This document shows positions 63,452-64,000 of a stretch of DNA of 64,000 bases, one piece after another (the first letter of the stretch is position 1; each line of letters opens with the position of its first letter). Under the pieces are notes generated by a model. It did not search any database. It had not been told where the DNA came from and was given only the letters and a program-made list of their open reading frames with translations. The DNA is from Lama guanicoe (lineage: Eukaryota): contig MU053792.1 in NCBI GenBank assembly GCA_013239625.1, forward strand, positions 73,618-137,617, in the 5' to 3' direction. A program made the translations under genes and the position numbers.

Positions 63452-63532
63452 TAAAAGTATTATGTTTCAGATTTTGGTGTCAGTATCTTTATTTGAAATT
63501 TCCCTTTATCTCGCTGGTTGATTTCGGTGACC

Positions 63533-64000
63533 TGTGCACTGAAGAGGGCGGGGCAAGGGCGTTGCATCAGCCAGAAGAGACTAACCGGAAAGACAGGAAA
63601 CTGGAAGCAGAAACGAGCATCAGAGTAGGAGGGGGAGGGGCTTTAGCAGGAGGAGCTAGGGTTAGGGGTAACCTCATGGAGTAGGTGTGCCATGGGTGTG
63701 TACGCTCTGTTTTTCTGCAAATAGTTACACTTTAGGTATGCCTCGGAGAGGAGGGAGCTCAGGGTTTCTCTACCTTGACATCTTTGCCTATCTTTCTGCC
63801 CCTTGCTTTTTAAAGCGAAACAGAAGGATGTATGTGTGTGCGTGGGGTAGGGAGAAGAGGTTCTGATTGATCAAAAATACTATGATTTCTTTGGAAATGC
63901 GGCTGGGAGGAGAATTATTTATTGTTACTGGTTATACCCATTCATCCCCTGCTCCTTGGGCTGGCAGGACACAAAGCTTTTGATTTTCTTTCTCCCTACA
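63533..64000 (-). mobile_element. Probable ERV LTR directly 3' of the EPV (left boundary uncertain, may extend to ~63463)
   Basis: Minus strand begins TGTAGGGAG at the window edge and has LTR-like composition ('tgctaaagcccctccccctcc..ctcttcagtgcaca'); a minus-strand AATAAA lies at 63488-63493. TSD not checkable. Confidence 0.45.

Noticed and set aside
63451..64000. Parvoviral inverted terminal repeat after cap
   Set aside because: No GAGC/GCTC repeat array or palindromic hairpin is visible; the sequence looks LTR-like.

Overview
Mammalian genomic DNA, almost certainly camelid: it carries tRNA-derived Vic-1-type SINEs at 38202 and 55002 and artiodactyl-type L1 3' ends. The window is repeat-dense and intergenic-looking, and I recognise no host protein-coding exon. 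It contains many L1 pieces (one with its 5' UTR), at least eight solo LTRs (several with exact 4-bp target-site duplications), an ERV1 5'LTR-PBS-internal fragment, an LTR-less ERV gag-pro fragment, two Tigger/pogo transposons with transposase remnants, and old hAT/MaLR/CR1 relics. The stand-out is at 62598-63451: an endogenous parvoviral element (EPV) encoding the C-terminal ~285 codons of a divergent Dependoparvovirus (AAV-like) capsid. It is broken by three frameshifts but has no premature stop in the reconstructed frame, and it lies between an antisense L1 fragment and an LTR-like repeat. Repeat family names and AAV comparisons are from memory and by-eye alignment, not database searches.
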